64,000 nt of DNA from the human T2T-CHM13v2.0 reference genome, Homo sapiens. Positions 15,261-28,999 of this stretch are shown in pieces. The notes below the pieces were generated by a model. It made no database searches and was not told where the DNA came from. It saw only the letters and a program-made list of their open reading frames with translations. The position numbers were made by a program, and so were the translations under genes. Position 1 is the stretch's first letter. The number at the start of each line of letters is the position of its first letter. The DNA is taken from assembly GCF_009914755.1 (NCBI RefSeq), contig NC_060929.1. One strand, written 5' to 3'.

Positions 15261-17572
15261 ATTTTTTTATTATTATTCTTTAAGTTCTGGGATACATGAG
15301 CAGAACGTAACAGTTTGTTACACAGGTATATATGTGCCATGGTGGTTTGCTGCACCCATCAACCTGTCATCAACATTAGGTATTTTTCCTAATGCTATCC
15401 CTCCCCTAGTCCCCACCCCGCGACAGGCCCCAGTGCATGATGTTCCCCTCCCTGTGCCCATATGTTCTCATTGTTCAACTCCCACTTATGATTGAGAACA
15501 TGTGGTGTTTGGTTTTCTGTTCCTGTGTTAGTTTGCTGAAAATTATGGTTTCCAGCTTCATCCATGTCCCTGAAAAAGACAAAAACTCATTCTTTTTTAC
15601 AGTTGCAAGTATTCCATGGTGTGTATGTGCCTCGTTTTCTTTACCCATGCTATCATTGATGGGCATTTGGGTTGATTCCAAGTCTTTGCTATTGTGAATA
15701 GTGCTGTAATAAACATACGTGTGCATGTGTTTTTAGAGAAGAATGATTTATAATCCTTTGGGTATATACCCAGTCATGGGATTTCTGGGTCAAATTGTAT
15801 TTCTAGTTCTAGATCCTTGAGGAATCGCCACACTGTCTTCCACAATGGTTGAACTAATTTACACTCCCACCAACAGTGGAAAAGCATTCCTATTTTTCCA
15901 CATCCTCTCCAGTGTCTGTTGTTTCCTGACTTTTTAATGATCACCATTCTAACTGGCGTGAGATGGTATCTCATTGTGGTTTTGGTTTGCATTTCTCTAA
16001 TGACCAGTGATGATGAGCTTTTTTTCCTATGTTTGTTGGCTGCATACCTGTCTTCTTCTGAGAAGTGTCTGTTTATATCTTTCACCCACTTTTTGATGGG
16101 GTTGTTTGTTTTTTTTCTTGTAAATGTGTTGAAGTTTCTTGTAGATTCTGGATATTAGCCCTTTGTCCAACGGGTAGATTGCAAAAATTTTCTCCCATTC
16201 TGTAGACTTCCTGTTTACTCTGATAGTTTCTTTTTGCTGTGCAGAAGCTCTTTAGTTTAATTAGATCCCATTTGTCATTTATGGCTTTTGTTGTCCTTGC
16301 TTTTGGTGTTTTAGTAATGAAGTCTTCGCCCATACCTTTGTCCTGAATGGTAATGCCTCGGTTTTCTTCTAGGGTTTTTATGGTTTTAGGCCTTAGGTTT
16401 AAGCCTTTAATCCATCTTGAGTTAATTTTTGTATAAGCTGTAAGGAAGGGGTTCAGTTTCAGTTCTCTGCATATGGCTAGCCAGTTTTCCCAACACCACT
16501 TCTTTAAAACTTTAAATTTCATATGGAACCAAGAACGAGTCTGTATAGCCAAGACAATCTTAATCAAAAAGAACAAACCTGGAGGCATCATGCTACCTGA
16601 CTTCAAACTATACTACAAGGCTACAGTAACAAAAACAGCATGGTTCTGGTACCAAAACAGATATATAGACCAATGGAACAGAACGGAGGCCTTTGAAATA
16701 ACACCACACATCTACAACCATCTGATCTTTGACAAACCTGACATAAACAAGCTATGGGGAAAGGATTCCCTATTTAATAAAAGGTGTTGCTGCCTTTCTT
16801 TCAGAGATGCCCTGCCCAGAGAGGAGGAATCTAGAGAGGCAGTCTGACTACAGTGGCTTTGTGGCACTGCAGTGGGCCCCGCCCAGTCCAAACTTCCAGG
16901 AGGCTTTGTTTATACTTTGAGGGGAAAAACCGCCTACTCAAGTCTCATTTATGGTGGACACCTCTCCCCGCACCAAGCTCGAGCATCCCAGGTCAACTTC
17001 AGACTACTGTGCTGGCAGCCAGAATTTCAAGCCAGTGGATCTTAGCTTGCTGGGCTCCGTGGGGTTGGGATCCGCTAAGCAAGACCACTTGGCTCACTGC
17101 CTTCAGCTTCGGGGGTTCTGTCTCACTGGCTTTCCAGGTGCCACTGGGGTATGGAAAAAAAAATAATCCTGCAGCTACCTCAGTTTCTGCCCAAAGGGCC
17201 ACCCAGTTTTGTGCTTGAAACCCAGGGCCCTTCTTGTGTAGGCACCTGAGGGAATCTTTTGGTCAGTGGGTTGTGAAGACTGTGGGAATAGCATAGTATC
17301 TGGGCTGAATAGCACCCCTCTCTCATGGCAGGGTCCCTCATGGCTTCCCTTGGCAAAGGGAGGGAGTTCCCCAACCCCTTGTGCTTCCCAGGTGAGGTGA
17401 TGCCTCACCCTGCTTCTTCTTGCCCTCCATGGGCTGCACTCACTGTCTAACTGGTCCCAGTGAGATGAACTGGGTACCTCAGTTGGAAATGCAGAAATCA
17501 CTTGCCTTCTGTGTTGATCTCTCTAGGAGCTGCAGGCCAGAGCTGTTCCTATTTGGCCATCTTGCCTGGGAA
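15261..17572 (-). mobile_element. Rearranged L1PA (about PA7): 3' end (-), inverted ORF2 piece (+, about 16503-16790), 5'UTR (-)
   Basis: L1PA 3'UTR/ORF2 end at 15261-16500, sense-strand ORF2 fragment, then 5'UTR ending GGCCATCTTG (YY1 site, 17555-17564). TSD TAAATATTGTTAA (15248-15260) / TAAGTATTGTTAA (17573-17585). Confidence 0.9.
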
Positions 17573-18124
17573 TAAGTATTGTTAATTTTATGTAGTAGTA
17601 TTTGGGTTGGGGATTGGTGCATTTCTGGTTGTACCAAGGATAGTTGTATTATGTTAGGCATAATTATGACCTATTATTGTCTTTATTTGAACATTATATA
17701 TGATCTCAGGAGGTGTGTATGGGTTCAAGTTGACAAAGGGTGGATTTGTGATGGTTAATACTGAGTGACAACTTGATTGGATTGAAGGATACAAAGTACT
17801 GATCCTGGGTGTGTCTGTGAGGGTGTCGCCAAAGGAGGTTAACCTTTGAGTCAGTGGGCTGGGGAAGGCAGACCCACCCTTAGTCTGGGTGGGTGCAATC
17901 TAATCAGCTGCCAGCATGGCTAGAATGTAAGCAGGCAGAAAAATGTGAAAAGAGAGACTGGCTTAGCTCCCCAGCCTACATCTTTCTCCTGTGCTGGATG
18001 CTTCCTGCCCATGAACATCGGACTCCAAGTTCTTCAGTTTTGGAACTTGGACTGCCCTATTGGGGAACCTTGTGATTGTGTGAGTTAATACTTAATAAAC
18101 TCATATATATATATATATATTATA

Positions 18125-18495
18125 TTCCTCTAAGAACTGAGACAAGACAAGGTTGCCAACTTTTACCACTCTTATTCAACATAATACTGAAAGTATTAGC
18201 CAGAGCAATTAGAGAGGAGAAAGATATAAAAGGTATCCAAATTTGAAAAGAGGAAGTCAAATTGCCCTGGTTTGCAGATGACATGATCTTGTATACAGAC
18301 AAATTTAAAAACTTCACCAAAGAACTCTTGGAACTGATAAATGAATTCAGTAAATTTGCAGAATGCAAAATTAACATACAAAAATTGGTAGTGTTTTTAT
18401 ACACCAATAATGAACTGAAAAAGACATTGAGAAAGCAATCCTATTTACAATACCTACAAAAAAAATGCTAGGAATAAATTTAACCAAGGAGGTAA
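18125..18495 (+). repeat. 371-bp inverted duplicate of 19918-20288 (L1MA ORF2)
   Basis: Reverse-complement match with 2 mismatches. The ORF track shows mirrored peptides (MPWFADDMILYTDKFKNFTKEL / ...FTEEL). Confidence 0.95.
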
Positions 18496-18652
18496 TATAT
18501 ATATAGGTTTAGTTTATATATATAATATATATATAGGTTTAGTATATATATTATATATAAACCTGTAATATATATATAGGTTTAGTGTATATATATAATG
18601 TATAAACCTATAATATATATATAGGTTTAACCAAGGAGGTAATATATATATA

Positions 18653-18845
18653 GGTTTAGTTTGCTAATGTTTTGTTGAGCATGTTTGGCATATATGTTCA
18701 TTAGAGATATTGGCCTGTAGTTTTGTTTTTAGTGTATGTGTGTCTTTGTCTGGTTTCAGTGTCAGGATAATGCTGGCCTCATAGAACGAGTTTGAAAGCA
18801 TTTCTTTGTTTTCAATATGTTGAAATAGTTTGAGGAGAATTGGTG

Positions 18846-18851
<6 letters not shown>
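18653..18851 (+). repeat. 199-bp direct duplicate of 20588-20786 (L1MA ORF2)
   Basis: GGTTTAGTTTGCTAATG...GGTGTCAGTT, 6 mismatches by hand count. Confidence 0.95.

Positions 18852-18903
<52 letters not shown>
18852..18903. repeat. (TA)~26 microsatellite
   Basis: Uninterrupted TA run. Confidence 0.97.
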
Positions 18904-18906
<3 letters not shown>

Positions 18907-21900
18907 GGCAGTTTATTAAGTATATATATGTATATATTCCATTAGTTCTGTCCTCCTAGAGAACCCTTACTAATACAGTGATGATGAGTATTTTTTTTTA
19001 TACTTGGGAGTTTGAATGTCTTCTTTTGAGGAATGTCTATTCAGAATATTTGCTCTATTATTTCTTTGTTGTTGTTGTTGTTGAGTTGTCTGAGTTCCTT
19101 GTATATTCTGGATATAAATTCTATGCTTAATGAATAGTTTACAAATATTTTTCCCTTTATTCAGGGTCTCTGAACTCTATTGATTATTTCCTTTGCTGTA
19201 CAGAAGATTTTTAGTTTGATATAATCCCATTTGCCTAGTTTTGCTTTTGTTGTTTGTGCTTTTAATGTTCTATCCATAAAATCTTTCCCCAGACCAATGT
19301 CCCCAAAAAATTTCCCAATGTTTTCTTCTGGTAATTTTATGGTTTTGTGTCTTACGTTTAAGTCTTTAATATATTTTTAGTTGATTTTTGTATGTTGTGA
19401 GAGATAGGAGTCTAGTTTTATTCTGCACATGGATATCCAGTTTTCCCAGCACCATTTATTGAATAGGGTGTCCTTTCCCTATTGTTAATTTTTGTTGACT
19501 TTGTTGAAAATCAGATGGCTGTAGGTGTGCAGTTTTATTTCTGGATTCTCTATTCTGTCTCATTGATCTATGTGTTTGTTTTTATGCCAATACCTGCTTT
19601 TTTGGTTACTATAGTTTTGTATATTTTGTAGTTGGGTAGCTTGATGCCTCTAGCTTTGTTCTTTTTGCTCAGGATTACTTTGGCTCTCTGGGGTATTTTT
19701 TTGTGGCTCCATATGAACTTTAGGATTTCATAATAAAATTTCTGTGAAAAATAGTATTTTGACAGAGATTGCATTGAATTTGTAGATTGCTTTGGGTAAT
19801 ATGCTTATTTTGACAATATTAATACTTTCAGTTCTTAAACATAGTTGTTCTTCCAATTTTGTGTGCACTTATCAATTTCTATCATCAATGTTTTGTAGTT
19901 TTTATTGTAGACATTGTTTACCTCCTTGGTTAAATTTATTCCTAGCATTTTTTTTGTAGGTATTGTAAATAGGATTGCTTTCTCAATGTCTTTTTCAGTT
20001 CATTATTGGTGTATAAAAACACTACCAATTTTTGTATGTTAATTTTGCATTCTGCAAATTTACTGAATTCATTTATCAGTTCTAAGAGTTCTTCGGTGAA
20101 GTTTTTAAATTTGTCTGTATACAAGATCATGTCATCTGCAAACCAGGGCAATTTGACTTCCTCTTTTCAAATTTGGATACCTTTTATATCTTTCTCCTCT
20201 CTAATTGCTCTGGCTAATACTTTCAGTATTATGTTGAATAAGAGTGGTAAAAGTTGGCAACCTTGTCTTGTCTCAGTTCTTAGAGGAACAGCTTTTAACT
20301 TTCTTCTGTTCAATATGATGTCAGTTGCAAATTTGTTGGAAATGGACATTACTGTGTTGAAGTACCTTCCTTACACATCTAATTTGTCAAAAGTTTTTTT
20401 TTTAATCATAACAGTATTTCTTTTTTTTTTCAAATGCTTTGTATCTTTTGAGATGATTGTGCAGTTTTTGTCCTTCATTCTCCTAATGTGATGTATTTCG
20501 TTTATTGATTTGCATTTGTTAAGTCATCCTTGAACCCCTGGAATAAATCTCTCTGGATGATAGTGTATAATCTTTTTCATGGCTATTGGTTTAGTTTGCT
20601 AATGTTTTGTTGAGCATGTTTTGCATATATGTTCATTAGAGATACTGGCCTGCAGTTTTGTTTTTAGTGTATGTGTGTCTTTGTCTGGTTTCAGTGTCAG
20701 GGCAATGCTGGCCTCATAGAATGAGTTTGAAAGCATTTCTTTGTTTTCAATATGTTGAAATAGTTTGAGGAGAATTGGTGTCAGTTCTTCTTTAAAAGTT
20801 TGGTGTGAAGTTTTCTAACTTTAAAAGTTATTAGTGAAGCTGTCTGGTCCTGGAATTTTCTTTGTTAGGAGACCTGTTACTACTGATTCAATTGCATTTC
20901 TCATTACTGAACTATTCAGATTTTCTATTTCTTCTTTGTTTAATCTTAGTGGGTCATATGTGGCCTGGAATTTATCCATTTCCTCTAGTTTTTCCTACTT
21001 GTTGATGTTTAGTTGTTCATAGTAATCTCTAATGATCCTTTGTGTTTCTGTGGTATCAATTGTAATATCTTTTTATTTCTGATTTTATTTGAGTATTTTC
21101 TCTTTTTAAAATAAACATCTAGCTAATTTTCCATTTCACTTACCTTGTTAAAAACCAACTTGTATTCTGTTGATCTTTTCTTTTCTTTAGTCTCTCTTTT
21201 GATAATTTTATGCTGATACTAATTAAGTTTCCACCTACTACTTTTGGGTTTGGTTTGTTCTTGGTTTTCTATTTCCTTAAGATGAAACGTTAGATTGTTT
21301 ATTGAAATCTTCCTGCTTTTTGATGCAGGCATTTATTGCTATTAACTTCCCTCTTAGTATTGCTTTTGTTGTATCCCATAAGTTTCGATATGTTGTGTTT
21401 TTATTTTCATTTGTTTCCATTTTTAAAAATTTTTCTTAATTTCTTCATTGATCTATTGTTTGTTTAGAAGTCTGTTGTTTAGTTTTCATGTATTTGTAGT
21501 TTCCAAAACTCCTCTTGTTATTGCTTTCTAGTTTTATTCCACTGTGGTCAGAAAAGATACTTGATATGAATTTGATTTTTAAAAATTTGTTGAGACTTGT
21601 TTTGTGGTCTAACATGTGGTCTACCCTGGAGAATACTCCATGTGCTAAAAAGAGAAATGTGTATTCTGCAACTGTTGGATGAACTGGTTTGTAAATATCT
21701 TTTAGGTTCATTTGGCCCATGGAGCAGTTTAAGATCGATATTTCTTTGTTGACTTTCTCTCTAGGTGATCTGTCCATTGCTAGGAGTGCAATGTTGAAAT
21801 CTCCATCTATTATTATGTTGGGGTCTATCTTTGCCTTTAGCTCTAATGGTATCTGTTTTATATATCTGTGTGCTCAAGTGTTGGGTGCATACATATTTAA

Positions 21901-23083
21901 AATTGTTGTTTCCTCTGATGAATTGATCCCTTTATCATTGAGTTTTTTGCAGGCAGCATATAGCTGAGTCTTATTTATTTCCCAACCATGTGTCAGTCCA
22001 TATCTTTTACTTGGAGAATTTAAACCATTTAAATTCAAAGTTATTATAGATAGGTGTCAATTGCTCCTGTCAATTTTTTTGTTTTCGGGTTGTTTCATAT
22101 ATCTTTATTTCTTTCTTCCTCTATTATTCTATATCCTTGTATTTGGGTGTTTTTCTGTAGTGATAAGGTTTGGTTTATTTCTCTTATTTGTGTATCTGAT
22201 CTACCGAGGACTTTTATTCTCTCATGTATTTTTATGATGGTAGTCATCATCCCTTTGCTTCAGATGTAGGATTTCCTTAAGCATTTTTTTTTTTTTTTGG
22301 TAGAACTAGTCAAGTGGTGATAAATTCCTAGTTTTTAGTTATCTGGGATAACCTTTATTTCTCCATTATTTATTTTCCATTTCTTAAGGATAGCTTTCCT
22401 GAGTATATTAATGTCGGCTAAGAGTTTTTTTGTTTTTGTTTTTGTTTTTTTTTACTTTTTCTTTCATCACTTTGAATATATCATCTTATTCTTTCCTGGC
22501 CTGTAAAGTTTCTACTGAGAAATCTGCTTAGTCTGATGGGATTTCTTTGTATGTGACATGATACTTTTCTCTTGCTGTTTTCAGAATTCTTTTATTGTCT
22601 TTGACTTTTGACTGTTTGACTATATGTGCCTTAAAGAGGACCTTTCTGTGTTGAATTTACTTGGAGGTCTTTGAGTTTCCTGGGTCCAGATGTCTATATC
22701 TTTCTCAAAGCCTGGGAAGTTTTTCACTATAATTTTATTAAATAGGTTTTTAAAAAATGTATTTTCTCATCTGTTCACCCTCTGAAACTTCCACAATGTA
22801 AAATGTGTTTGCTTAATGTTGTCCCATAAGTCTCATAGGCTTTCTTCATTTATTAAAATAAATTTATTTCTTTTTTGTCTGACTGGGTTATTTCAAAACA
22901 CCTTTTTCAAGTTCAGAAATTCTTTCTTCTGCATGCTCTACTCTATTATTGAAGCTCTTGATTTCATTTTTTATTTTATTCATTAAATTATTTAGTTTAA
23001 ATATTTCCATTTGGTTATTTTTTATAATATCCCTTTGCTGAATATATCACTCAGATGATGATTTTTTTTTCTGATTTTGTTGA

Positions 23084-23488
<405 letters not shown>

Positions 23489-24557
23489 AGATTTCTTTTT
23501 TATTGGGATCTGTTACTGGAGAATTATTCTGTTCCTTTGAAAGTGCCATGTTTTCTTTTTCTTTTTTTTCTTCTTTTGTTTCTACATTGATATCTATGTA
23601 CTTAGTGGACCAACAGCTTCTAATTTTATGAAGTAGCTTTCATAGGAAAAGACTTTTTCCTGTATATGTGTCCATAGTATGTTTGGTAGGATGTTTTGAC
23701 TTGGTTCTGGGTGGGTGCAGTAGTATACTCTTTATGTGATTTTTTTTTATGGCTGTATTCAATGTTCACGGTGTCTATAAGTGTCTCAGTGGCCTCTGCT
23801 GCAGGTGTTTGTGGAGGGTATGGTGTGGCTTTGCTGGGGTCAAGGACCACCAGGCTGACCAATCTTTGAACTTCTATGGTAGCTTCACAGATGTACGGTG
23901 GTTGTTCCACAGAATGAATAGGGTTACCAGCGATGGAAGGCCCTGGGTGGGCTAGTCATCAGGCCTACAAAGGTGCACAGTTGCTCTGCTACTGAACAGT
24001 CAGGGTTGCTGGTACAGGCAGGTCCCAAGCTGTCAGCTGTCAGCTCTCTGGAGTGTACTCATTGGCTAGCTTTGTCTTGGAGGTTGCCTCCCTGCTGTGC
24101 TTTGCTACCTGTTCCCCAGGGTGTCAGATGCTACATTGGCTTGGGTGCCAGTTTAATAGCTGCACTGTTGGGTCCAGCTAGGGTCATGCCTGTAGCCCTA
24201 TGTGTGGGTATGGTGGGATGAGAGTGAGGCCCCAGGGATGTGGAGATGCAGGGGCTATTGAGCTTCAGGGAAGGATGCACTATGGCAATGGTTCCATCCT
24301 CAAAATGGTGCCATACTTCAGCAGCCTGGGTACTGGGTATTTAGGGGAGGACCCAGCACGAGTGCCTTCTCTTGAATAATACAGTCATGTGGATTACAGA
24401 CAGTTCCCTACAATGGGCTTAGGGCCTGTGAGGACTGTGGGGCTCTCTTGCAGCTAGGATTGCAGGCATCTGTGATGGGAATGTGAACTGCTGGGTATCT
24501 CCTTTTCCCTTTTCTTGCACTGGGAGTCCCTCTTGGCTCTGAGCAGATCTCAGTCAG

Positions 24558-24967
24558 TGATATAATTTGGATTTTTTGTCCCCACCCAAATCTCATGTTG
24601 AATTGTAATCCTCAATGCTGAAACTGGGCCTGGTAAGAGGTGTTTGGATCATGGAGGAGGATCCCTCGTGGCTTGGTGCTGTCTTTGCAATAGTGAGTGA
24701 GGTTTCATGAGATCTGGTTATTTAAAAGTATATGGCACCTTGCCCCCTACACTCTCTCTTCTTTCTTGCTTTTTCTTTCTCCATGAGATGTTCCTGCTCC
24801 CAGTTTGCCTTCTGCCATGACTGTAAGTTTCCTGATGTCTCCTCAGAAGCAGATGCCACTATGCTTTCTGTACGGCCTGCAGAATTATGAGCTAATTAAG
24901 CCTGTTTTCTTATAAATTACCCAGCCTCAGGTATTACTTTATAGCAATGCAAGAATGGACTAATACA
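24558..24967 (+). mobile_element. MaLR solo LTR (MSTA/MSTB type) in the L1MA 5'UTR
   Basis: TGATATAATTTGG...GTCCCCACCCAAATCTCATGTTGAATTGTAATCC...GACTAATACA. Flanks GTCAG / GTTGG fit CpG decay of a GTCGG TSD. Confidence 0.9.
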
Positions 24968-25293
24968 GTTGGGGACTTTTCTTCTTTTCCTATGCTACCA
25001 TCCCAGGCTTCTTTGTCTCTGAGGGTCTTCACTAGTTTCTTGTTGAATTCTGCTGTTCTCCCCTAGACACGCTATTTGATGTCCAGTTGTCTACTTGTTT
25101 TTTGGTTCTTCCTTGTGGAGGAGGAGAATATTGAGCATGTCCAGTCAGCCATCAAGATGATGCCTCCCTCACCTACAGGTTTAAAGCGTAGTTTTGAATG
25201 TTATAAAATTATTTATTGATTTTGTTTTCCAGCATATAGAATATATATTATCCCATTTTTATTGCTTCTACTGTTAGGATATAAAGTGTTTAG

Positions 25294-25590
<297 letters not shown>

Positions 25591-28500
25591 TAATATTTTT
25601 GTCTTTATTATATTTGAATTTTATTGTGCTTTTTGGATCTATAGGTTAATCTTTTATACATTTTGCAAGTTTGCAGCCAGTATTTCTTTAGATATTTTTT
25701 TCTGTCCCTTTCTTTCTCTCTTCTCTTTTTCTGGAATTTTCAACATGCACAAGTTGTTACTCTTGATATTGCCCCACAGGTCTCTGAGGCACTGTTAATT
25801 TTCTTCATTTTTAATATGTTTTCCAGATTGTATTGTTTCTATTTATTTATTCGTGTTTGCTGTTTCTTTTTTCTTCCAGTTTAAACTTTTTATTGAATCC
25901 CTCTAATATATTTCTTATTTCAGTTATTTTACTTGCATCTCCAGAACTTCCATTTTGTTCTTTTTTATATTTTCTATTCCTTTACTGATATTCTCTATTT
26001 GGTTATTCATTGTTGTCATATCTCATTGTTGTCATATTTTTCTTTAATTCTTTAAACATGGTTTCCTTTACTCCTTCCAATATAGTTATTATAATAGTTA
26101 CATTGAAGCCTTTGTCTGCTGAAGTCAACATCTGGATCCCCTCATAGATCATTTCTACTGATAGCTTTTTTTCTGTGTGTTGGCCATATTTTCAAATTTT
26201 GTTCTATTTTTCATGTTACTGTCAATAAATGGACATTTTAGATAACATAATACTCTGAAATCTGATTTTTCATTCCCAGGGGATGTTTTTGTTATTGCTT
26301 TAGTTTGTTTAGTGACTTGACTGGACTATTTCTGTCGAACATTTCTGCCTTGTGTCTTGTAAACACTGATGTCTTCATTCAGGTTTTTTTTTCTTATTTC
26401 TTTTTTCAAATTTTAAGTTTGTCTTTTTGTTTGTTTGCTTGTTTTACTCCTGCGTCAGCACAGCTTAATGATGAGTCAAAGGTTGGTCAAAAGTTGTGTT
26501 TAAACACCTGGAAAGTTTTATTTTTTGCTTATGGCTCTGTGTGTAAATTGCAGAATGCCTTCAAAGTTGAGGCAGTTATCAAATATTCTGCAGCTTTTAC
26601 TTTCTGTCTGTGCAAGATCTCTCATTCCAGCTAAGATGAGTAGATAGCTAGGACTCCTCTCTCATCTCTCCTGAACAGGCACATAGCATTTCAGACCACA
26701 AAACAAAACAAACAAAACAACAACAACAACAATAACCCCCGGGATATTAGCGAGACCCACTGTGTCTGCCTTGTTCCTTGGATTTTTCTACTACATTTCT
26801 GGCTAATCTGTTGCTTGGCTCAGTCAGTATTGCAGCCTGAGGCAGCTCTGATATTTGCCCTCCCAGATTGGCACTGAGATTGCTATTATTTTTTAAAATG
26901 CCTTTGGGCATGTGGCTTTTCTCCACTCTGCTCCAACTCAAGCCAGTTCTCTCTGGTGGCAGAGCTGTTTGTTCTCACACTGTGCCAAATCATAGTACAA
27001 CTTCCATGCCATGGAGCTAGAAGAGAGGATGGGAACAGCCTAAAAAGTTGCAGACTCCCATGTCTTTATAGGAATTTAGTAGTTTTTCTTGAATGAATAT
27101 TTCCAAGTTTATTGTATGCCTTTGGTCAATTTCCAGAGTCCTAGAATGGTTGTTTTTAACTATCTTATTCAGGTTTATCATTGCCTTTTGGGGGAGAAGA
27201 TTTGCCAAATCTCTTCTCTGACATTTTGTGGAACACTATTTATAAATGTAATCAAGTTCCATAGCTGAATCCAAATACTATCATAAGATACTGTCCAGTA
27301 CCCCACAGCAATCTATAAACAAATTTTAGTCTCTTCCTTACTCCCTCTAAAATGTCATACAAAATATATAATTTTACTAGTATCAAGATTAAAAGACATA
27401 GAACATAACTAAAAATATTTCATTCTTTGATCAGCCATAAGGAGAGAGAGGAGAGAGGAGTCTAGGTTTTATTCTATCATTAGTGTTCACATTCCTAACA
27501 TGTTCACATTTATAATTAGTGCTCATATTTCTAATGTGAGGAATTTAGAACCTAGCAGGAATTCAACAGTATAGAATTGCACAGATTTAAACGTCATTTA
27601 TTTGACTCTTTCACTTTACAGATAAACAAAGTGAGTCCCAGGTAGATTAGCTAGATGAGTAAATTTCAGAGCGCTACTTTGTGGAGACTCACTTATGTGT
27701 ACATAGCTACTTTTTTTTTTTTTTCCCTAGAGCAGTGGCAGAAAGAGCTGAAGCAGTTGAAAGGCTGTGTGGCAGGCTGATTTTTGCTGTTTGGTGGGAT
27801 AAAAGTACTGGTAGTATTTCTTTTACTTTCTTTCTAAGGAAAAGAATATGCTTTGTTGTGACAGCAAGGGACTGTTTCCACAGAAAAAGAAAAATCAATT
27901 TCTACAGATACCAGCTCTGCATTCTCCTGCTATGCAGTTAGAAATACAAAATTGAAATATAATGATCAGGGGTTTGTATTAGAACTCAATTAGGGATGTA
28001 TGCTGCAGAAAGGGTGTGATAAACTCACATTGCATTGCTTCTATACTCCTAGTTTAGAAGTCAGAAATATGTTTGAATCACTGATTTTAATTCTCAGAGC
28101 CCACCACCATCCCCTAGCATCTCTCACAGGCTTCTGGGCTGAAAAAAGATATCTGCTTCCAGAAATGGGCTACGCATAAACAAACAGACCTCTTTGAAAG
28201 AGGTGTCAATCTCCTGCGGTTTGACTAAAGTCTCTTAACTTCCCTCATCCCTGGTGGTGGTGACTTGTACTTCATGCCTGCTCATTCTGTTTGAATACTC
28301 TGTTTGGATTTTGCTGCAGTTGGGTCTTTCTTTGCACTTTCTATGCCAAATACTTAGCATTGGGGTACATATATGCAGCATCTGTGATCTTGGATGTGGC
28401 TGTGCATCAGACACTAGAAAAAGAGATTTTCAGCCAAAATAACAAGTAGTTTTCAAAGGGAAAAGAGAGAGGACTTGGGGGGAGTGGTATTTCTAGGTTC

Positions 28501-28614
28501 TTGAATGTCAAGATTTAAAACCATCTTATGTTAGAACTATTCTCAGAGAGCAACGAATGTTGTTCACTTGTTATAACACTGACTACAAGCCATGGAGCCA
28601 GAAAAGATGATTCT

Positions 28615-28800
28615 ATGAGGAGGAAAAGAGGGAGAGGAGCAGGATAGAGAGAGGGAAGGATAGAAAGAAAAGCAGAAAAGGAAGATAAGAAATAGAACTT
28701 GGAGAAGGAGACATTAAGAATGGGAAAGGAAGAAATTTGGATGAAAGAAAAGAACAATGAAAGTAGAGGAAGAAGGAACCTGAGAATGATGACAACAAAA
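28615..28800. repeat. GA-rich low-complexity tract
   Basis: Purine-rich degenerate (GGAA/GAGA) run. Confidence 0.7.
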
Positions 28801-28999
28801 GCCCTATTACACACCATAGGACCTGGGCTCTTCTCTTCTACTTAAAAGGGATCTGTTAATCTTTGGTTTGTGTAATCCCACCTGTTGAATGAATAGGTTG
28901 GATTAGGTAACTGCTTAGATTCCTGCTGGTTTAACGTTCTGTGAAAATAATACTATCCCTTTATATACTGCACTTCACAATGTTTCCACCTGTGTAATC

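Larger units (their letters stand above)
17747..18977 (+). mobile_element. MLT2A1 3' LTR with an insertion of about 0.8 kb in its (TA)n tract
   Basis: Starts TGTGATGGTTAATACTGAG after a purine-rich tract and ends CTAATACA. Interrupted at 18125-18923. Confidence 0.92.

Noticed and set aside
16082-16847. Overlapping 174-aa and 124-aa ORFs
   Set aside because: L1 ORF2 fragments fused across the inversion junctions.
18496-18660. CRISPR-like repeat-spacer array (TATAGGTTTAG units)
   Set aside because: Eukaryotic context, spacers are just (TA)n, and the units derive from the ends of the two templated L1 segments.
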